Source of the DNA: Chrysomallon squamiferum | Taxonomy: Eukaryota > Animalia > Mollusca | Direction: 5' to 3' | Assembly: GCA_012295275.1 (NCBI GenBank) | Contig: CM022679.1 | Location: 10,044,001 to 10,108,000, forward strand | DNA length: 64,000 nucleotides | Shown: piece by piece, positions 39,458 through 54,905 of the stretch | How the letters are laid out: each line of letters starts with the position of its first letter | Numbering within the stretch: the stretch's first letter is position 1 | The notes under the pieces: generated by a model | What the model saw: the letters and a program-made list of their open reading frames with translations, nothing else | The model's database searches: none | Told to the model about the DNA's origin: nothing | Translations under genes and position numbers: made by a program

Positions 39458-42400
39458 AAGAAGAAAAAGAGATAGATATACTGAGACAGCAGAGAAAGAG
39501 AGAGACAGAAACAAATAAAGTATGCAAGTGACAGGAAAGGACAAGAAATGGAAATACAGAGATATAGGACTGAAACAAAACTTTGATTATATGAACAGAA
39601 ACTTTGTGCAAGTAAAAGAGAATGTAATACAAGAAACAGACTCACAATTTTAAAGATAAAGTGAAAAAGATAATTACAATTAGAGAGAGAGAGGAAAAAA
39701 AGAAAGAGGCAGACGATGGTGATAGAGAGAATGGGACAGAGTGAAGCAGAGAGAGAGAGAGAGAGAGAGAGAGATAGCAAACCAAAATACAAAAACAACA
39801 AGAAGCTAGTAAACAGCTGTTTAACAACAACAACAACAACAGCAGCAACACCACCATACAATAATAGTAACAGTAACAATAATAACAGTGAAGATAAGGA
39901 AAACCTACACTGCAAGCTAATAGCACGCAATCTCACTGTCGTTATGTCTGTCTCAGCAAACTTGATAAACATTAATTTTGACTGTCTGCTCTAAATGTGC
40001 AAATTGGTACAGTTACATATTGATTTCATTGGTTATCAGTGTGAATTATAGGTCAGACTTGTGAATCTAGGTTTTTCTCTTAAACAGTTCATGGTTGTAT
40101 CAACAACATACATGTCAACTCCCAATACATATTCATTCATTATTTATTCATTATTATATTTCTCTAATACATATTCATTACAAAAAGGCACTTATAAATA
40201 TTCAATATTGTGTACATATCTGTTCCTTCGTTTTACCAAGCTGATGAGTAATGTCCCATTTTGGTTGGAGTGAAGTAATGAGTTTTATTTTTCTGAATTA
40301 TTATTATTTTTTAATGTGTTTATTTTTTTTATATTCAAGGAAAAGGTGAATGAGAAACTAAAAAATAGTAACGGGTTATTTTAATTAGTTTCAGTGAATG
40401 ATTTAATAAGGGAAAGATTAACTTAAGGAAGACGCAAAAATAAATTAATTGCTCATTTTCAATTTATAAATAAGTTTTAAGGAAAGAACAACAACAAAAA
40501 AAAATCAATTAGTTATAATTTATAATTAAAAAAAAAGTAAGAAAGAATAAGAAAAAATATAGTTGTGATTAATAATAAAAAGTAAACAATTTTTTTGAGG
40601 TGGTTGAATTTGTATTCAAAACTGAATGTTTAAAAAAAAAAATAAAAGATTATTCAGTATTTCTGGATTTGCAATAACAACAAAAAAAAAAAAAAAAAAC
40701 CAGCAAAATAAATAAATAAAATAAAAACTAAAATAATGAAAATAACAACACTCCAGAAAGAAAGATAAATAAATAAATATCAATAACACCAAAATAAATA
40801 TAATTACAGGATACATCAAGAACTATCACATTTTTTTTTTTTTTTTTAATGACAACCCAAACAGGGCCAAAAAAAAAAAAAAAAAAAACAACTCTCATCT
40901 TCAAAAGACATGTATTTCTGTTCGTATGGCTTATCAGTTAATCACACAAACATAGGAAATCGATCACGATAATGAAATGAAAATCATATAACTATGTGCG
41001 ATAATGAAGCTAGAAACAAATCAAGAGACAGGACTGTGACACAAATGTGACAAGTTCATCACACTGGCCTGCATTTCTCCTCACTGAAAAGCTGTAATAA
41101 ACTGTTTGTTGTACAGCCAAGCCATCCTTGTGAATAATGCCCGAATTAATCATTTCTGGCACAAATTGCTCATTTATGTCAGCCTCTGGGGCAAGGTTTT
41201 TCCTTCATAATTGGTGTGTTTTTTTATTTTTGTGTGTGTGTGTGAGTTTTTTTTTTTAGTTTTTTTTTTAGCTATATTAAAAGCAGAAGTGACAGCTGGA
41301 ACAAATACTACACAGATTTTTGTCAGTTTTAAAACAAAACAAGTGGTTTGTTACATTTTTGTGGTTTTCTGTGTGTGAAACTGAAGAAGATGCATGTCCT
41401 CTATGTTTCCCTTTGTTTTGATAACCAGTTTTTTTTTAAATTTATTTTATTGTGTTTTTTTTATCATTTTATATGAAATTCGCTGAAGTAACAATAATAA
41501 TAATAATAAACTGATGATGATGATGAAAATAATGCTAAGTCAAACTAATAAAAATAAAAATAAAAAAATTCCAAAATTAATGAATACTATTTGAACAGGA
41601 TAAATAAATTAATTTTGTATTTTTATAAGAACATTTTTCTTCTAAAATTATGAATTATTGAATACTGGTTGTGTTTTGCTCATTAAGTAAAAATGAATTG
41701 AAAAAAAAATAATAAAAAAAGGGTTACAGGAAGTAGATTTTAAAAATGCTTAAACAGAAGACAAAAAAGTTAAAACGAATAAGAACCAGCGAGGAAATTG
41801 ATGGAAAAATACAAAAAACTCCAGCAAAATTAATGGAAAATAAGAAAGACATGAAATAAAAATTAATGGAAAGATACAGAAGAAGCAAAATCAAAATTAA
41901 TGAGAACATATAAAATAGTAAAATGGAAAAAAACAAAATAATAAATAAATACAAATAAATCTAGGCAATAAAAACAAAATTAATGAGAATTTACAGAAAA
42001 ACAAAAAAACAAAATAAATGTTTAAATACCAGAATTGACCGTCAAGATAAACAGAAAACGAATGTAAAAGTTTAAATTAAAAAAAAAAGAAGAAGAAAAA
42101 AAAGAAGAAAAAAAAAAAGAGAGAGAGAGAGTTGTAGAAGAAAAAGGCATTAGAAACTTATTTTCTTGTTGATCACAAATCAATACTTTCACCAACTTAC
42201 CAATGAAGCTGAGGAGAAATTTTTCAATGCAAAACACAAACTCAATTCATCAGTAACCAAAAAAGACGTCGCGTCACCATCCACCACTATCACCAACACC
42301 AACACCAACACCACCAACAACCACTACAACCACCAACAACCACTTTACTCCATTCATAAACTACATCCCCCTGTGGAACACATCTCCCAGGAGGACAGTT

Positions 42401-42531
42401 TGAAAAACGACGGGGCAATAAAAATATTCCAACAAAAACATTAAACACGGACCACGATGATGGAATATATACCAACTGCAGCATCTCCTACAAGTGGTCA
42501 AAACAGCCAGGCAGGCAGGCAGCATATTCTG

Positions 42532-42545
42532 GTTGCTATGGAAAC
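42532..42545. promoter_or_regulatory. RFX X-box-like palindrome
   Basis: GTTGCTATGGAAAC has the 14-bp AT-spaced X-box form and lies in a locally GC-richer non-coding island; motif match only. Confidence 0.4.
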
Positions 42546-43479
42546 ATATTTCCAAATAGATGATAGCCATTTTGGCATGTATACACTTCAATGGTATGGA
42601 GGGGTACTACTCAGAATGAGCTGCTGGTGAAGAGTTACCATTTTTTTTTTTTTTTTTTATCTGTGATCAAAGAGTGTGTGGATATATACTGTTGAATGGG
42701 TGAATATCAAATCGGAATGGGCGATACTTGGCAATAATCTCATCTTCTGAGGTTATTAAAGGTTTCAGCAGCAGGACAGGTGTCTGTGAGGGCTTAAGCA
42801 GATGTTCCTGGCTTAAAATAAGTTGCCACCTATAGAGAAGAGGTTTTATAAAAGAGATAAAAAAAGAAAAAAATGGCTATAAATAAATGACCAAAATTCC
42901 AAAATTAAGAACAGGATTAATTCTGGCACAGTGTGTTGAGTAAATGTGCTACAGAATGTTTATTTGATTTATCTGTTTATTACTAGTACTACTACTGTTC
43001 TGTTGCCATTTGTTTATTATTATTTTTTTTTTTTAAATTAAAAATTAAAAAGAAAACAATTACAGGAATATGAACAGACCCATTCTAGCACTGCCAGTTT
43101 TTAATTTTATTTAAAAAAAAAAAAAATAAAAAATAAAACAAACATTAACTAACATTAAAATAATCATTATATAGATTCAGCTGAAAAAAGCAGATAGGAT
43201 TTTGTTTTGAGTAATCAGCAGTCATTAGTATTTGTCATCGATTTGTTTCAATCAATATATAGGAATTTATTAATTAAAATGAAGAGAAACAAATCTATTA
43301 TTATTATTATTATGATATTTTCTGTAGAAGAAATCTTTAGTTTCTTTGCAGTTTTGACAAGCACTGAAATACTGTCCAGTGAATATTGTTAGACAGTGCA
43401 GCAGTTTTATATATGTTCTGTAAATCCAATATTCTGAAGTACTGTTGTTTACTGATATGTCAATCTTAAGTACTGAGGT

Positions 43480-43895
43480 AATGTGCAAAACACTGAGGTT
43501 ACTGTAATATCCAATATGTTATGATAATGTCCAATATATCAGGGTATTATCTAGTGCAAGGCTACTACATATTAATGTGTTTAATGTGTTACATACTAAT
43601 ATGTTCTCTACTGTTCTGAGCTACTGTCCTATAAATTAATGTGTTGTCTAATGTACTAAGTTACTGTTCTATACATTAATATGCTGTCTAATGTGCTGAG
43701 CTACTGTTCTGTATATAGTGTTGTCTAATGTGCTGAGCTACTGTTCTGTATATAGTGTTGTCTAATGTCCTGAGCTACTGTTCTGTATATTAATGCCTTA
43801 TTTAATGTTCCGAGCTATTGTTCTGTATATTAATGTTATGTCTAATGAGCTGAGTTATTGTTTTATATATTAATGTGTTGTGTTATGTTCTGGGA
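43480..43895. repeat. ~38-41-bp minisatellite
   Basis: ctaatgtgctgagctactgttctgtatata(gtgttgt) repeated ~9 times with decayed edges. Confidence 0.88.
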
Positions 43896-44347
43896 TATTG
43901 TTTAGTAATCAAATGCATCATCCAGTGTGCTGGGGAGTAATTTATTTTTGCTGTAAGTCACTTCAGTATCAGCATTACAATGGTTTGAAAATAACTGGAG
44001 AACTTTACTGTAACATAATATTTAAAAATTTAACTCTGGGCTCTATAATTATGTCAAAAGAGCAGACTGCACAATCCACTAATTGAATTTAGTGAAACAG
44101 TATTTTGGTGAGTTGAGACTGCAACAGAAAACAAGATCATCGAGGTGGCCACCTCAACTTGGCTTATTTTAAAGTCTACACTCAGGAGAAGTAACATTAG
44201 CAGTAAATCATATTCTGACAATGATGGAAGATGAAAGAAATATTAAATTACATATCGTTGGTGGACACAGGAAAAAAGCCAGTCAGTAGCCTGGAAATAA
44301 AACATCCCAAAAAAAAACAAAAAACCAGGGCTGCTGAGTAATGCAAG

Positions 44348-44351
<4 letters not shown>

Positions 44352-44409
<58 letters not shown>
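44352..44409. repeat. (GA)n microsatellite
   Basis: Direct reading. Confidence 0.95.
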
Positions 44410-44412
<3 letters not shown>

Positions 44413-45019
44413 ATATACAAGTTCATTTTAACTTAACAGTTCAAGTAGAATCATGTCAGTTCTACTATATACACTTTGACCTTCCTATATACATAAACAT
44501 CATCACATTTCAATCCACATGTGTTTCATTTGATTTAACAATACTGCCTGCTTCGATTGAGAGTAATATTTCCATAATTAATTTTTAATGAAATGAAAAG
44601 CATGTATAGTAAATCATGGAGGTTCTTAAATGAGGTTTGATTTTAACTGCATGCATGTAAACAGCTTTGGTTATTATTGCACACAAAATGAATTACAGGT
44701 TTCATATAACTGAATATACACTGAAACTCAGGTTTAACGTAATTGAATTTATTATAACTGCATGTCAACCAAATCATAGATTTAATCATTCTGAACCCAA
44801 GACTGATGTAATTTTTTTTTTTAACACTGTTGATGATTATAATAAAACATTATTTCTCATAAATTACTCACATTTTCAAAATTAAAACAGAAAGTTTAAA
44901 GAAATTGTTTAACAACACATTTGAACAATAATTCAGAAGTATTTAAGAGCTTCATGAAGACATTTCAACAATAATGTGAGCAATATTTCTTTATTAACAA
45001 TGCTTTACAAAAGACCATT

Positions 45020-45450
45020 GAAGAATAATGATCTGACAATATTAGCAGTGATTTGGAAAATGCTGAAATACATTTTTAATAAAAGAGGATCCCAAGAAAG
45101 AGGTTGAAGACTTGATTTGACAATAATATTAGTTATTCAGAAACAATTCAAAAATTCCTAAGAAACCATCTGAAGATAAGATTTGACAGTATTATTATCA
45201 GTATTTCAAGACCTATTAAATGATATATTCTAAGAAACCATCTAAAGTCTTCATTTGACAATAATAATATTACAAGTATTTCAGGAGTTCTTTGAAATAA
45301 TATATTCTAAGAAACCATCTAAAGTCTTCATTTGACAATAATAACATTACAAGTATTTCAGGAATTCTTTGAAATAATATATTCTAAGAAACCATCTAAA
45401 GTCTTCACTTGACAATAACAATATTACAAGTATTTCGGAAATTCCTTGAA
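45020..45450. repeat. ~77-bp tandem repeat
   Basis: tattctaagaaaccatctaaagtcttcatttgacaataataatattacaagtatttcagga.ttctttgaaataata; 3 clean copies plus 2-3 degenerate ones. Confidence 0.88.
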
Positions 45451-45920
45451 AATGAGCTTTCACAATCAGTTTGAAATTGCAGAACGTTCACAAGAGAAGT
45501 ACAAAAACAGGTGAAGCTGACTTTTCCGGAGAAGAGAAATTTTCTCAGAACTGTTGCTGCTAACTGACCAGACTGGGGAAATTCTTGCGTGTTTGCAGTA
45601 CACCTATTGATCCCATTAGGCTTATTACCAGTGTTCAATTACAAGCGTCAATCTCCTTGACCGCTGGTCACTACTTGGTGGATTTCAGCACAGAGTCCAC
45701 TGTTGCTTAGCATCGCTACAACCCAAGCAGAAAATTAGACTGATAACATTCTGGCTTTCCTTTGAATTTCATGCCTCTTTGCCGGAAGATGGTGTACGAG
45801 AAATTAAGGTGGCACATATAACTCAACATATTGCATTTGCTGAATGTATCAGTTTTTTCTAGATTTGGCTAGTGAGACATGCATTAATCATTTAATTATA
45901 TGCAGTTACCCAAAGTCACT

Positions 45921-45922
<2 letters not shown>

Positions 45923-46008
<86 letters not shown>
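45923..46008. repeat. (AG)n microsatellite
   Basis: Direct reading. Confidence 0.95.
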
Positions 46009-46010
<2 letters not shown>

Positions 46011-46769
46011 CTTCTTGCTGTAATAATTAAGAAATGACATACAATGTTGTATGTTTGTGGGTATGTATTATTGAGAGTATGAGTGTGTGTGTGCACATGT
46101 GTGTGTGTGTGTTTCTACATAACAAATTTAGATAGAGTAATATATAAAACTGATACTTTCAGATTAAACGTCTGCTACTGATAATTCCTTAATGCCGTTT
46201 CCTGTAAAACTGTAATATTGATTTCTACCGAGATTAGCAAGTCTAGACATTACTGTTGCTTAAATTAATTTAGGACGGATTAACTTTGTTTATGCTGAAA
46301 ATTTATGACTTTTTTTTCTCCTTTTATTTAAAAACCTATAATTTTCCTTTCTTCAAGAAGTTCAAGTATGAATAATGTTATGAAACATGTGAATCTTAAG
46401 TGCAGTTTTTGTGTGATAGATATGTTCATTACAAACTGTCCAATCATTCTCTCATTTTGTCTGTCTGTCACCTTTTCTTCTCCCCTTCTTTCTCTTACCC
46501 AGACTTTTTCCTTCCAAGTCAATTTAAAAATATTATTACATTAGTGGTTTTTATTAGCAAAAAGGCATGCAGTTCTTAATGTCTGTTGGCCATGTTCAGA
46601 TCTGCACATGTCACAATAAATTTATTAAAAATTGTTGAAATGGTGTCACCCTGTGAATTATGAATTCTTGATAAAGGAAGATTCACCATTATTTGTTATC
46701 TCTGTGACATTATTTTTATACCAACTTGCTGACAAATTATGTATGTCTTGTAGAATTACTAGCAGTGTT

Positions 46770-47020
46770 AGAAATCCAGATGTAAATATTAAATCCAAAA
46801 TGTGCAATACCTTGGGATCTGGCTGATAATATTAAATCCAAAACTCACAATAAATGAGAATCCCACTTGATAATATTAATTGCAAAACTCAATTAGTAAT
46901 TCGGAATCCAGCTGATAATACTGAATCCCAGAAACTGACAACAACTTAGTTTCCAATCACTCAAATCATTTAATGGTAATCATTAGCAACACACAATCAC
47001 TGATAATTAAATCTTCAACA
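46770..47020. repeat. Degenerate ~45-bp tandem repeat
   Basis: Recurrent ctgataatattaaatccaaaa(c/t). Confidence 0.6.
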
Positions 47021-47993
47021 AACTCGTTGTCAGTAAAATCTGAAGCATTCACCAAATTGTTTTCAATATCAGAACAGCTTGTACTAATTAAACATATTAC
47101 AGCAGCCACTTCAATTTTCAACACTGGAATAATATTAACACTGTTCAAGAAAGAATTTACAGATAAATATTTTATTAGAATGTCTTATATGTATCTTTTC
47201 ACAGTAAAATAATAAAATAATTATATTTTAGAACTTACTGCACAATACTAAAATGTATGAAAATTTTTTGAAAATATGGGTTCAGAAAATTAAATCTTTT
47301 ATAATTATTATTTACCACAACTGAATCATTTGCCATTTTTCTTCTAACATCTAATGAGAAAAGAAAAAAACAACAACCAAAAAACAACAAAAAAACAAAA
47401 AAAAAAAAAAACATATCTATTTAAATGCTCAGGTAAGCTGAAGGTGAATAACCTGTTTTAAAAAAAAAAAGATAAATGTTAAATAAAACATACACTGACT
47501 ACTACAACATTTGTTTTGAAAGATGTTCTGTTGTTTAAAATAAAAAAAATATATATTACTAGGCAATGCATCCTCTAAACATGTAACAGAAACACAGAAA
47601 CATTAGAAAATGTCTACAGAAAAGAAAATGAAGAAGAAAATGAAGAAGATAAATATGACTTAAAGAAACCTTAATGCATGAATAAGGTAAAGGATTTAAC
47701 ATAGGAGTAAGCTTCATGACAATTCCAGAAAAAAGTTTAATTTTGTGTAATCAAACCAACATTATTTATTTATTTATTTATTTTATTTTTTTATTTGTTT
47801 TTCCCACTGTCTAGACATCCCAATATTTCATGTGACATTTTATAATAAAATTTTAATTTTAATGGTGACATCCTCAAATTAAAATCATCATTATTTCTAT
47901 TATTTACTGTCTATAGGGTTCTCAAGTTTCTTATTCCAATTTTGCAATAAAGAAAAAAGAAATAAAAAAATGTTTAGAAAAAAAGAACAAAAG

Positions 47994-48025
<32 letters not shown>

Positions 48026-49937
48026 AGACAGAAACTACAAAAACACTGAAATTTTTATTTAAATAACAATATTTTCAAGGTTACAGTATTATTATTTTAT
48101 TTATTCTGTCTGGACTTCTCAAGTGCAATTTTACAATAATAATGAGAAGAAAAAATTACATTTCTTTCAACTTGAATACAAATGCACTTTCAATAACAAT
48201 GTCTTGAAACCAACATTATTATTTTATTTATTGTCTCTCTATCCAAATCTTTCAATGTAATCCAATCACAAATTATTGATATTTTTTTTTTAAAGTTTAT
48301 AATAAAATAATGATTTATTTCAATAACAATATCTTAAAACCAACATTTTGTTTATTGTTATTTTTTTAATGATATGGCCATTCCTGATCTTTCAACATAA
48401 TCCATTTGATAGAAAAATAAAAATATTAAAATAAAAAAATGAACCTTTCAATAACAAAAGTCTGGAAACCAAACATTATTTACTTCCTTTTGGTGTTGAA
48501 CGGTTTTATTCTTTCGTAATTGCCCGGTTTTACAATTATGATCAAAAAGAAAGATTTTAATAAAACTGTCACCAAACAAAACATTCATCTGCCCAGTCAT
48601 TCATGTGTCAACATGACAAACTAACAAAAGGAGTGTGGAGCTTTTCGCCAACAAAACTTCAACTCAACGATCTATTAAAACAGCCTTCATCACCCACACA
48701 CAAAATATAATAGTGAATACGACATGCTTGATTAACACTGAAAGAGGAACCAGGAAATAACAAGAAAGAAAGAAAAGAATGAAAAAAATAGTTGTAATAG
48801 AAGAAAGAAAGAAAAAAAAAAGAAAAGAAACAAAAAAAAAAAGAAAAAAAAATGAAGTAAATTATTATAAATTCAAGTCTTGTCAATCAATTATTAATTT
48901 TATTTTTGTTTGGAGTTATTTTCAAGGTTTAATAAAAAAAAATTATAATAATAATAATAATATAAAATTAAATTAAAAATTTTTTTCTTCTGAAAATGGC
49001 TAATTAAAAATGGTTTAATGTTCTCTCCTGTATTCAAACAATTAAATGCATTAAGTCATCAGTTTGTTATTAAATCATAATGAATTAATCAATGTTCAAT
49101 GACACCCAAGCATACAATAAAATTAAAAATTACAGGCATTGACTGTTGGCTGTTAAATAAATATATGTCAAACCTCTGTTAAATACATGAATGAATTAAT
49201 GGTGAAACAGGCACTACATCATTTATCTGTCAAGCTTGGAATTTCAGGATTTCTGGACCCAGGCTTAATAGATACTTGAAAAATGAAGTACATAAAGAGG
49301 AATAATTAGTGAAATAGTATTTTAAAAGATACAAATTAATACAACTATAAACCAGGTTTTATGTTATTTCTGGTTTTCAGCAAGCTGGATAAATGGTTTG
49401 GTACCTGTCTGTATTTAATCTCAGATATTTCAATATATGTTAATATGTAAAACATATGTCATCAAAGTAAAAGCTTAAGCATCACTCAAAATGATTTCAA
49501 CTGACTTAATAATTGTTTTTTGTTTTTGTTTGTTTTCTTAACAATACTCAAAACAGTACTAACCACAATAAATAATAATACTAAATATTATATTAGAAGA
49601 AAAAAATATTCACTGCTGTTAGCTTTCAAAAGATTATTTCTATATGGGACATTCAATGTGAAATTTTAATCATATCAATTTTATTGTGGCATTTTAAAAG
49701 TAACCAACAAAAAGTAAATAAATAAGTAAAATATTTAATGTGGAGCTTCAAGTATAGACTGGTTGTGTGTATATGTGTTTTTGTCTGTGTTAAAGATTAA
49801 CTACTGAACATTAACAAGTGTTAACTGCATACAAAGATTTTATAAAATTAAATATATGTTTTAAATAAATATAATAAAATAATAATAATAATAATAATAA
49901 TAATAATTATTATTATTATTATTATTAATTAATTAAT

Positions 49938-49969
<32 letters not shown>

Positions 49970-51245
49970 ACAAAATAAACAACACAAACTGAAAAGACCT
50001 AACTACAATATTCTCAAAACGAAATATTTTGCAAAAAAGGCAACCATACATCCGTAACGACTTTAATTAAAAACAAAACGGATATCACCACAAAACAATC
50101 AAACCATATTGAGACCAAACCTGACTATCAGGCAGTTCCATCAGTGCCACTGATGTAGAGAGCTCTCCAGACTGTCACCTACACAGAGACCTCCGTCACA
50201 CACAAACAGAACATCCAGAACATATCGCTGGAATAACAGAATCATTGCACCGGCAATATCTCAACAAAAGAACATAGAGAGAGAGGAGAGAACAGGAGAT
50301 GAAAAATGCAGCCGATCTCCAGTCAGAACTGATATTGACGAACGCTACGTTTTTTTTTTTTTTTTCTCCCCCATCAGCAAAAGAGTTGATTTTCAATGCA
50401 ATAAAACATCATCGTGTATGGATCTGGGAGACAGACGGGTTTTCTTCACCCTGTGTGGTACCACCTTGTTGCATTTCTCTCCATGTCCTCTTTTTTCCCC
50501 AAACCAGCTGTCCAAGTTTGGTTGGTTGGTTCGTTTGGTCTTATCTCGGTTTTTCTCTTCAGTCATTGATCCATGTGATTTATATAGCAATTGCTGGGAA
50601 AAAGCAGCAAACACACACACACACACACACACACGTATATACACACACACACACAAAGACTTAGACTGGGGTAGCGAGTCCACTGGTTGACAAAATGATC
50701 AATATACTCACAGAGACATGGCTCAACATTGTGTAGTTAGGAACTTCAAAAAATTATTCTTTGTTATTTATTTATTTATTTACTTGCTTTTCTGTTTTTT
50801 GAAATTATTATTATTATTATTATTATTTGCTTTTATTATTTATTTAATTTTTTTTTTTTTTTTTTTTTTTTTTATATATTTATTTATTTGCCAGTTTTTA
50901 AAATTACTTTCTTGTAAATGTTTCTGCCATGGAACTCTTGCTTTAAATTCAATACTGCTAAAACAAAAAAAATTCAAATGAAACAAAATACTGATGTGTT
51001 TTTGTTTGTTTGTTTGGTGTCATTGTTTTTTTTTTTTTTTCAAATATTTCTAATAATGAACAAATAAATAAATAAATAAATCAATATTTCAAAACATAAT
51101 GTAAAAGAAATTTAATCCAACCAGATAAAAAAAAAATATTTATAAAAATGCTTTTAAAACTGTTTCAAATGTTTTTAAAATTTCTGTAATTTTTGGTCAA
51201 AAATAATAATATTAGCAGAAGCAGCATCAGTAGCAATACTGGTAG

Positions 51246-51543
51246 TAATAATAATAATAAAATAATGGAAATAATATTATTATTAATAAAACAACAATAA
51301 TTTAATAGTAATAGTAGTAGTAGTAGTAGTAATAATAATAACAATTATAATAACAAAAATAATAATAATAATTATAATAAGAAAAATAGTAATAATAATA
51401 ATAAAATAATAACTAATAATAATAATAATAATAACAATATTACTATAATATAATAATAATAACAATAATATTACTATAATAATAATAATAATAATAATAT
51501 TAATAATAATAATAATAATAATAATAATGGTTAATAACAACAA
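51246..51543. repeat. Imperfect (AAT)n trinucleotide tract
   Basis: Direct reading. Confidence 0.9.
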
Positions 51544-52261
51544 TCCTGAGAAGAGATTAATAATCTGATTCTAGTAATTAACTAAGAACGGTGTGACAGT
51601 ACAAATATTGGCCGAGCTGTGAGGAAGTGTTGATAAACCTGCCTACAGACGTACGAGAGTGGCACAAGCAGAGTTCACCAGGCTTAGTTTTATGGATTTT
51701 ACAGCCTCTGCTATTGACATAATGGCAAGGAAGACATAAAAATCAGAGTGAATCTGCTGATGAAAGAGTCCTCGGACAAGCCATGCTGGTCCTGTGTGGT
51801 CATTTGAAATAAAATTTCAGATTTTGTATTAAACAGGCACATGATTAAAAAAAACCCACCCTCCCCCTAAAAAAATATTCCCTCATATACACACACCCTG
51901 TAATAAAAACCAGACAAAACAAACAAACAAAAAGAAATATTGCATAAATAGGGGATGCATCATTTGACCAACAGAAAAAAAAAAAGCAGCAGCAACAACA
52001 ACAACAACAACATCATCATATGTATCTAAATATATCAAACAATCAAGGGGTGTCAAAAGTGTGGAGATGATCTACAAAATTGTCCATTTTGTCTTTCTAT
52101 ATGTATTTGCTATAGTGTTACGTTCATTGGGCTACTTTTAAAAGTTCACATCTTTTCATCTTACAAGTTATATCAACTGCAAATAAAGAAGCACACCCTC
52201 TTTATGGATATGAATCCTTAATCTCAAGTGTCAATTTTTTTTAAATTTATAAACTCATTTA

Positions 52262-52295
<34 letters not shown>

Positions 52296-53674
52296 TAAGT
52301 ATATTATGTTACACTTTTAACCACACAATTATGCTGCTTAGAAAAAAAAATAAATAAAAATAGTGGATAAAGTATGGGTTACTTTTTTAACAACTATTTA
52401 ATTTAATTTTTGTTTTTTTTATTACCTATATTAGTAATATTACATTTCAGTGCACTCAGTGACTGTAACTCTATCAAATCTGTCTTACCCTGTTTCAAAA
52501 CGATGCTCATTTTAACTTTAATCCTCAGAAGGGTTTTTAAACCCCTACAGATGTGACACTTCTACCATCAAGCTTTACTTTAGGTCATTTTTCTGCAACA
52601 AGCGTGCTTTTGAAGCTGCTACCTGATAACCCAGACTTATGTTATTAAAAAGAGGAAAGAAGAAACTTGAAGGGATGAGCTGGGTTTGCAAGACTCTAAA
52701 TGTCTCTGTCAACAGAATAAAGCAGAAGATGGATGTCACCAACTGGAAGGACAAGCTGGTGAGATACATAAATCATTGTGTGTCTAACTCGTGTATTATG
52801 TAATCGTGAAATTTAATTCCGGTTTATAAACATTGAAATAAACTGCTTTTTTAAAAGATAGCAAAATAATTATTAAAAAAAAAAAAAAAAAAAAAATTAT
52901 TCAATCTGATTTATAAAAATTAAAAAAAAAAAAAAAAAAAATTATAATTATTTTATAATTCTTTTTTAAAAGAGAAAATGAAAAGATCAAAATGATGTTC
53001 TTATAATAATTTTAGCTAATAAGAGATTAGAAATACAGTAATAAAGTTTTGAAACATTTTAAATGATTACAAATTTAACAGCACCATTTCAAAATCAAAA
53101 TTTATATAAATACATAAATGAATAAAACAAAACTTTAAAAATCAAACTTTAGTTCAACACATTTGTAACAACCTTTTTTTAAATTTTTTTTCATTTAACT
53201 TATAATATAAAAAAAAAAAAAAAAAAGGACTGAAAGTTCCAAAACCTATTTTTCCTTTACTTCTGCAAGATTTATCTTTAGCACTAATTACCTGCCTAAT
53301 GTAATGTCAAAGATAACAGCATTCGTTGATAAAAACCTAATTCCATCCTTACTTACAGTAGATATGAGACTACCAAGTCAGAAAAGAAGAAATAAGAAAA
53401 ACAAACGCCAAAACAAGAAGACCTAATCAAATCTATGGTTTCACAAGCATTTAAGAGTTGTGCTACCGATTCCTTGTGTTGCCAGAAGATACAGAACTTT
53501 GTAGAAAAATAACTCTTACTTTGGCAGTTTTTTGTTTGTGTAAACCGGGCAATCTGTAGTGATGTTTGTCAGTCAAATGGAAAGTTATTGATCATGGGAA
53601 AAACCATCTATACTCCATTAGGAGAGAGAGAGAAAAAAGATTCTACCAGTTTTGTTACTGAACACAGAATGAAA

Positions 53675-53955
53675 TGAAAACAGTTGTACCAAACTCAGAA
53701 TGCAGCTTATAGAAGGATTGTACCTGAACTGAAAGCAGCTTGCAAACAGTTGTACCCAAGATAAGTGTTGTTTTAAAACAGCTGTATCAAAGGTGAATTT
53801 AGTTTTAAAAGTTGTACCCAAGCTGAAGGTCACTTCAAAAACTGAATACAGCTTCAGGAACAGCTAAATCAAAGCAGAATATAGTTTGTAATCAGTTTTA
53901 TCAATGTATCATCAGAAACACTTGTACCCAGTCACTATGTAGCTTCAAAAACAGT
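53675..53955. repeat. Degenerate 30-bp tandem repeat
   Basis: aaacagttgtacccaagctgaa..cagctt recurs with a 30-nt period. Confidence 0.7.
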
Positions 53956-54769
53956 CTGTATTTATTGTCATTATTTTAATTATGTCTGTAGAGAAAAGGA
54001 AAGGAAAACAAAATTATAAAACACTTCTAAAAAAATGTTTTCTTTTTAAAAGAAATATCAATATTTGCTTTAATTTTGAAATGGCAATAGAAGGAATAAA
54101 AACAACAAGAAAACAATAAGTAAATAAATAAATAAATAAATAAAACTATTTTTTTTTTTAATGGCTTTAAACATTAGAAATAGTTGCTGCAAATACACAT
54201 GTTAAGACACTAATAGTATTTTTATGCAAACATCTTCACTACTATTTTAAAAATTAAATCCTTTAAAAAAAAAATAAACACAAAAATAATAAATACAGTG
54301 TAAAATATAACCTTAGTCTTTTATAAGGGAAAAGATGAAAAAAAAAAAAAAGAAAAAATCAAAAAATGGTAAAAAAAAAAAATTAATTAATAATAGAATA
54401 GAATTTACCTTTAATCTTCTAAAGGCAGAAGAAAAAAGAAAAAATTGGGATAAAAACCCCAAAATTAAATGTTTGTAACAGACAGAAGACAGCTTCAAAT
54501 GTCTGAAATCAAATAATGAAAGACAGTGTAATGTAAACAAGGTGTAATTTCTAAATAATTATTTAAGATGAAAGATGAAAGCTGAAAAGAGAAGATGAAA
54601 AAGGATTTATAGTAAGTAAATATAGAGTCACAAAGTTAAAAAAAATAAAATAAAATAATAATAATAAAATAAAAATAAAAATAGCAGACAGCAAACAATA
54701 TATAACAAATGAAGAGAAAAAGGAAAGTCTCGTGAACATTTTTTTCCCCAGGAAAGACAGTCTATTATT

Positions 54770-54905
54770 ATGGCATGATGATCAAGGGCAGTACATATAA
54801 TGGGAAGAAATACATTTTCATTCTATTTTGGGCTATTCTTTCTCAATCAGCATTAAGGAATTTTTTAAATGCACCATCCCCATAACAGGAGAGTCAGTGC
54901 CATAG
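54770..54905. mobile_element. Fragment of the same dispersed SINE-like repeat
   Basis: gggctattctttc..aatcagc..aagg..atgcaccatcccc..acagga aligns by eye with the other two copies. Confidence 0.5.

Noticed and set aside
45684-45704. TTCAGCAC as a REST/NRSE site
   Set aside because: Only the left half-site matches; the GGACAG half is absent.
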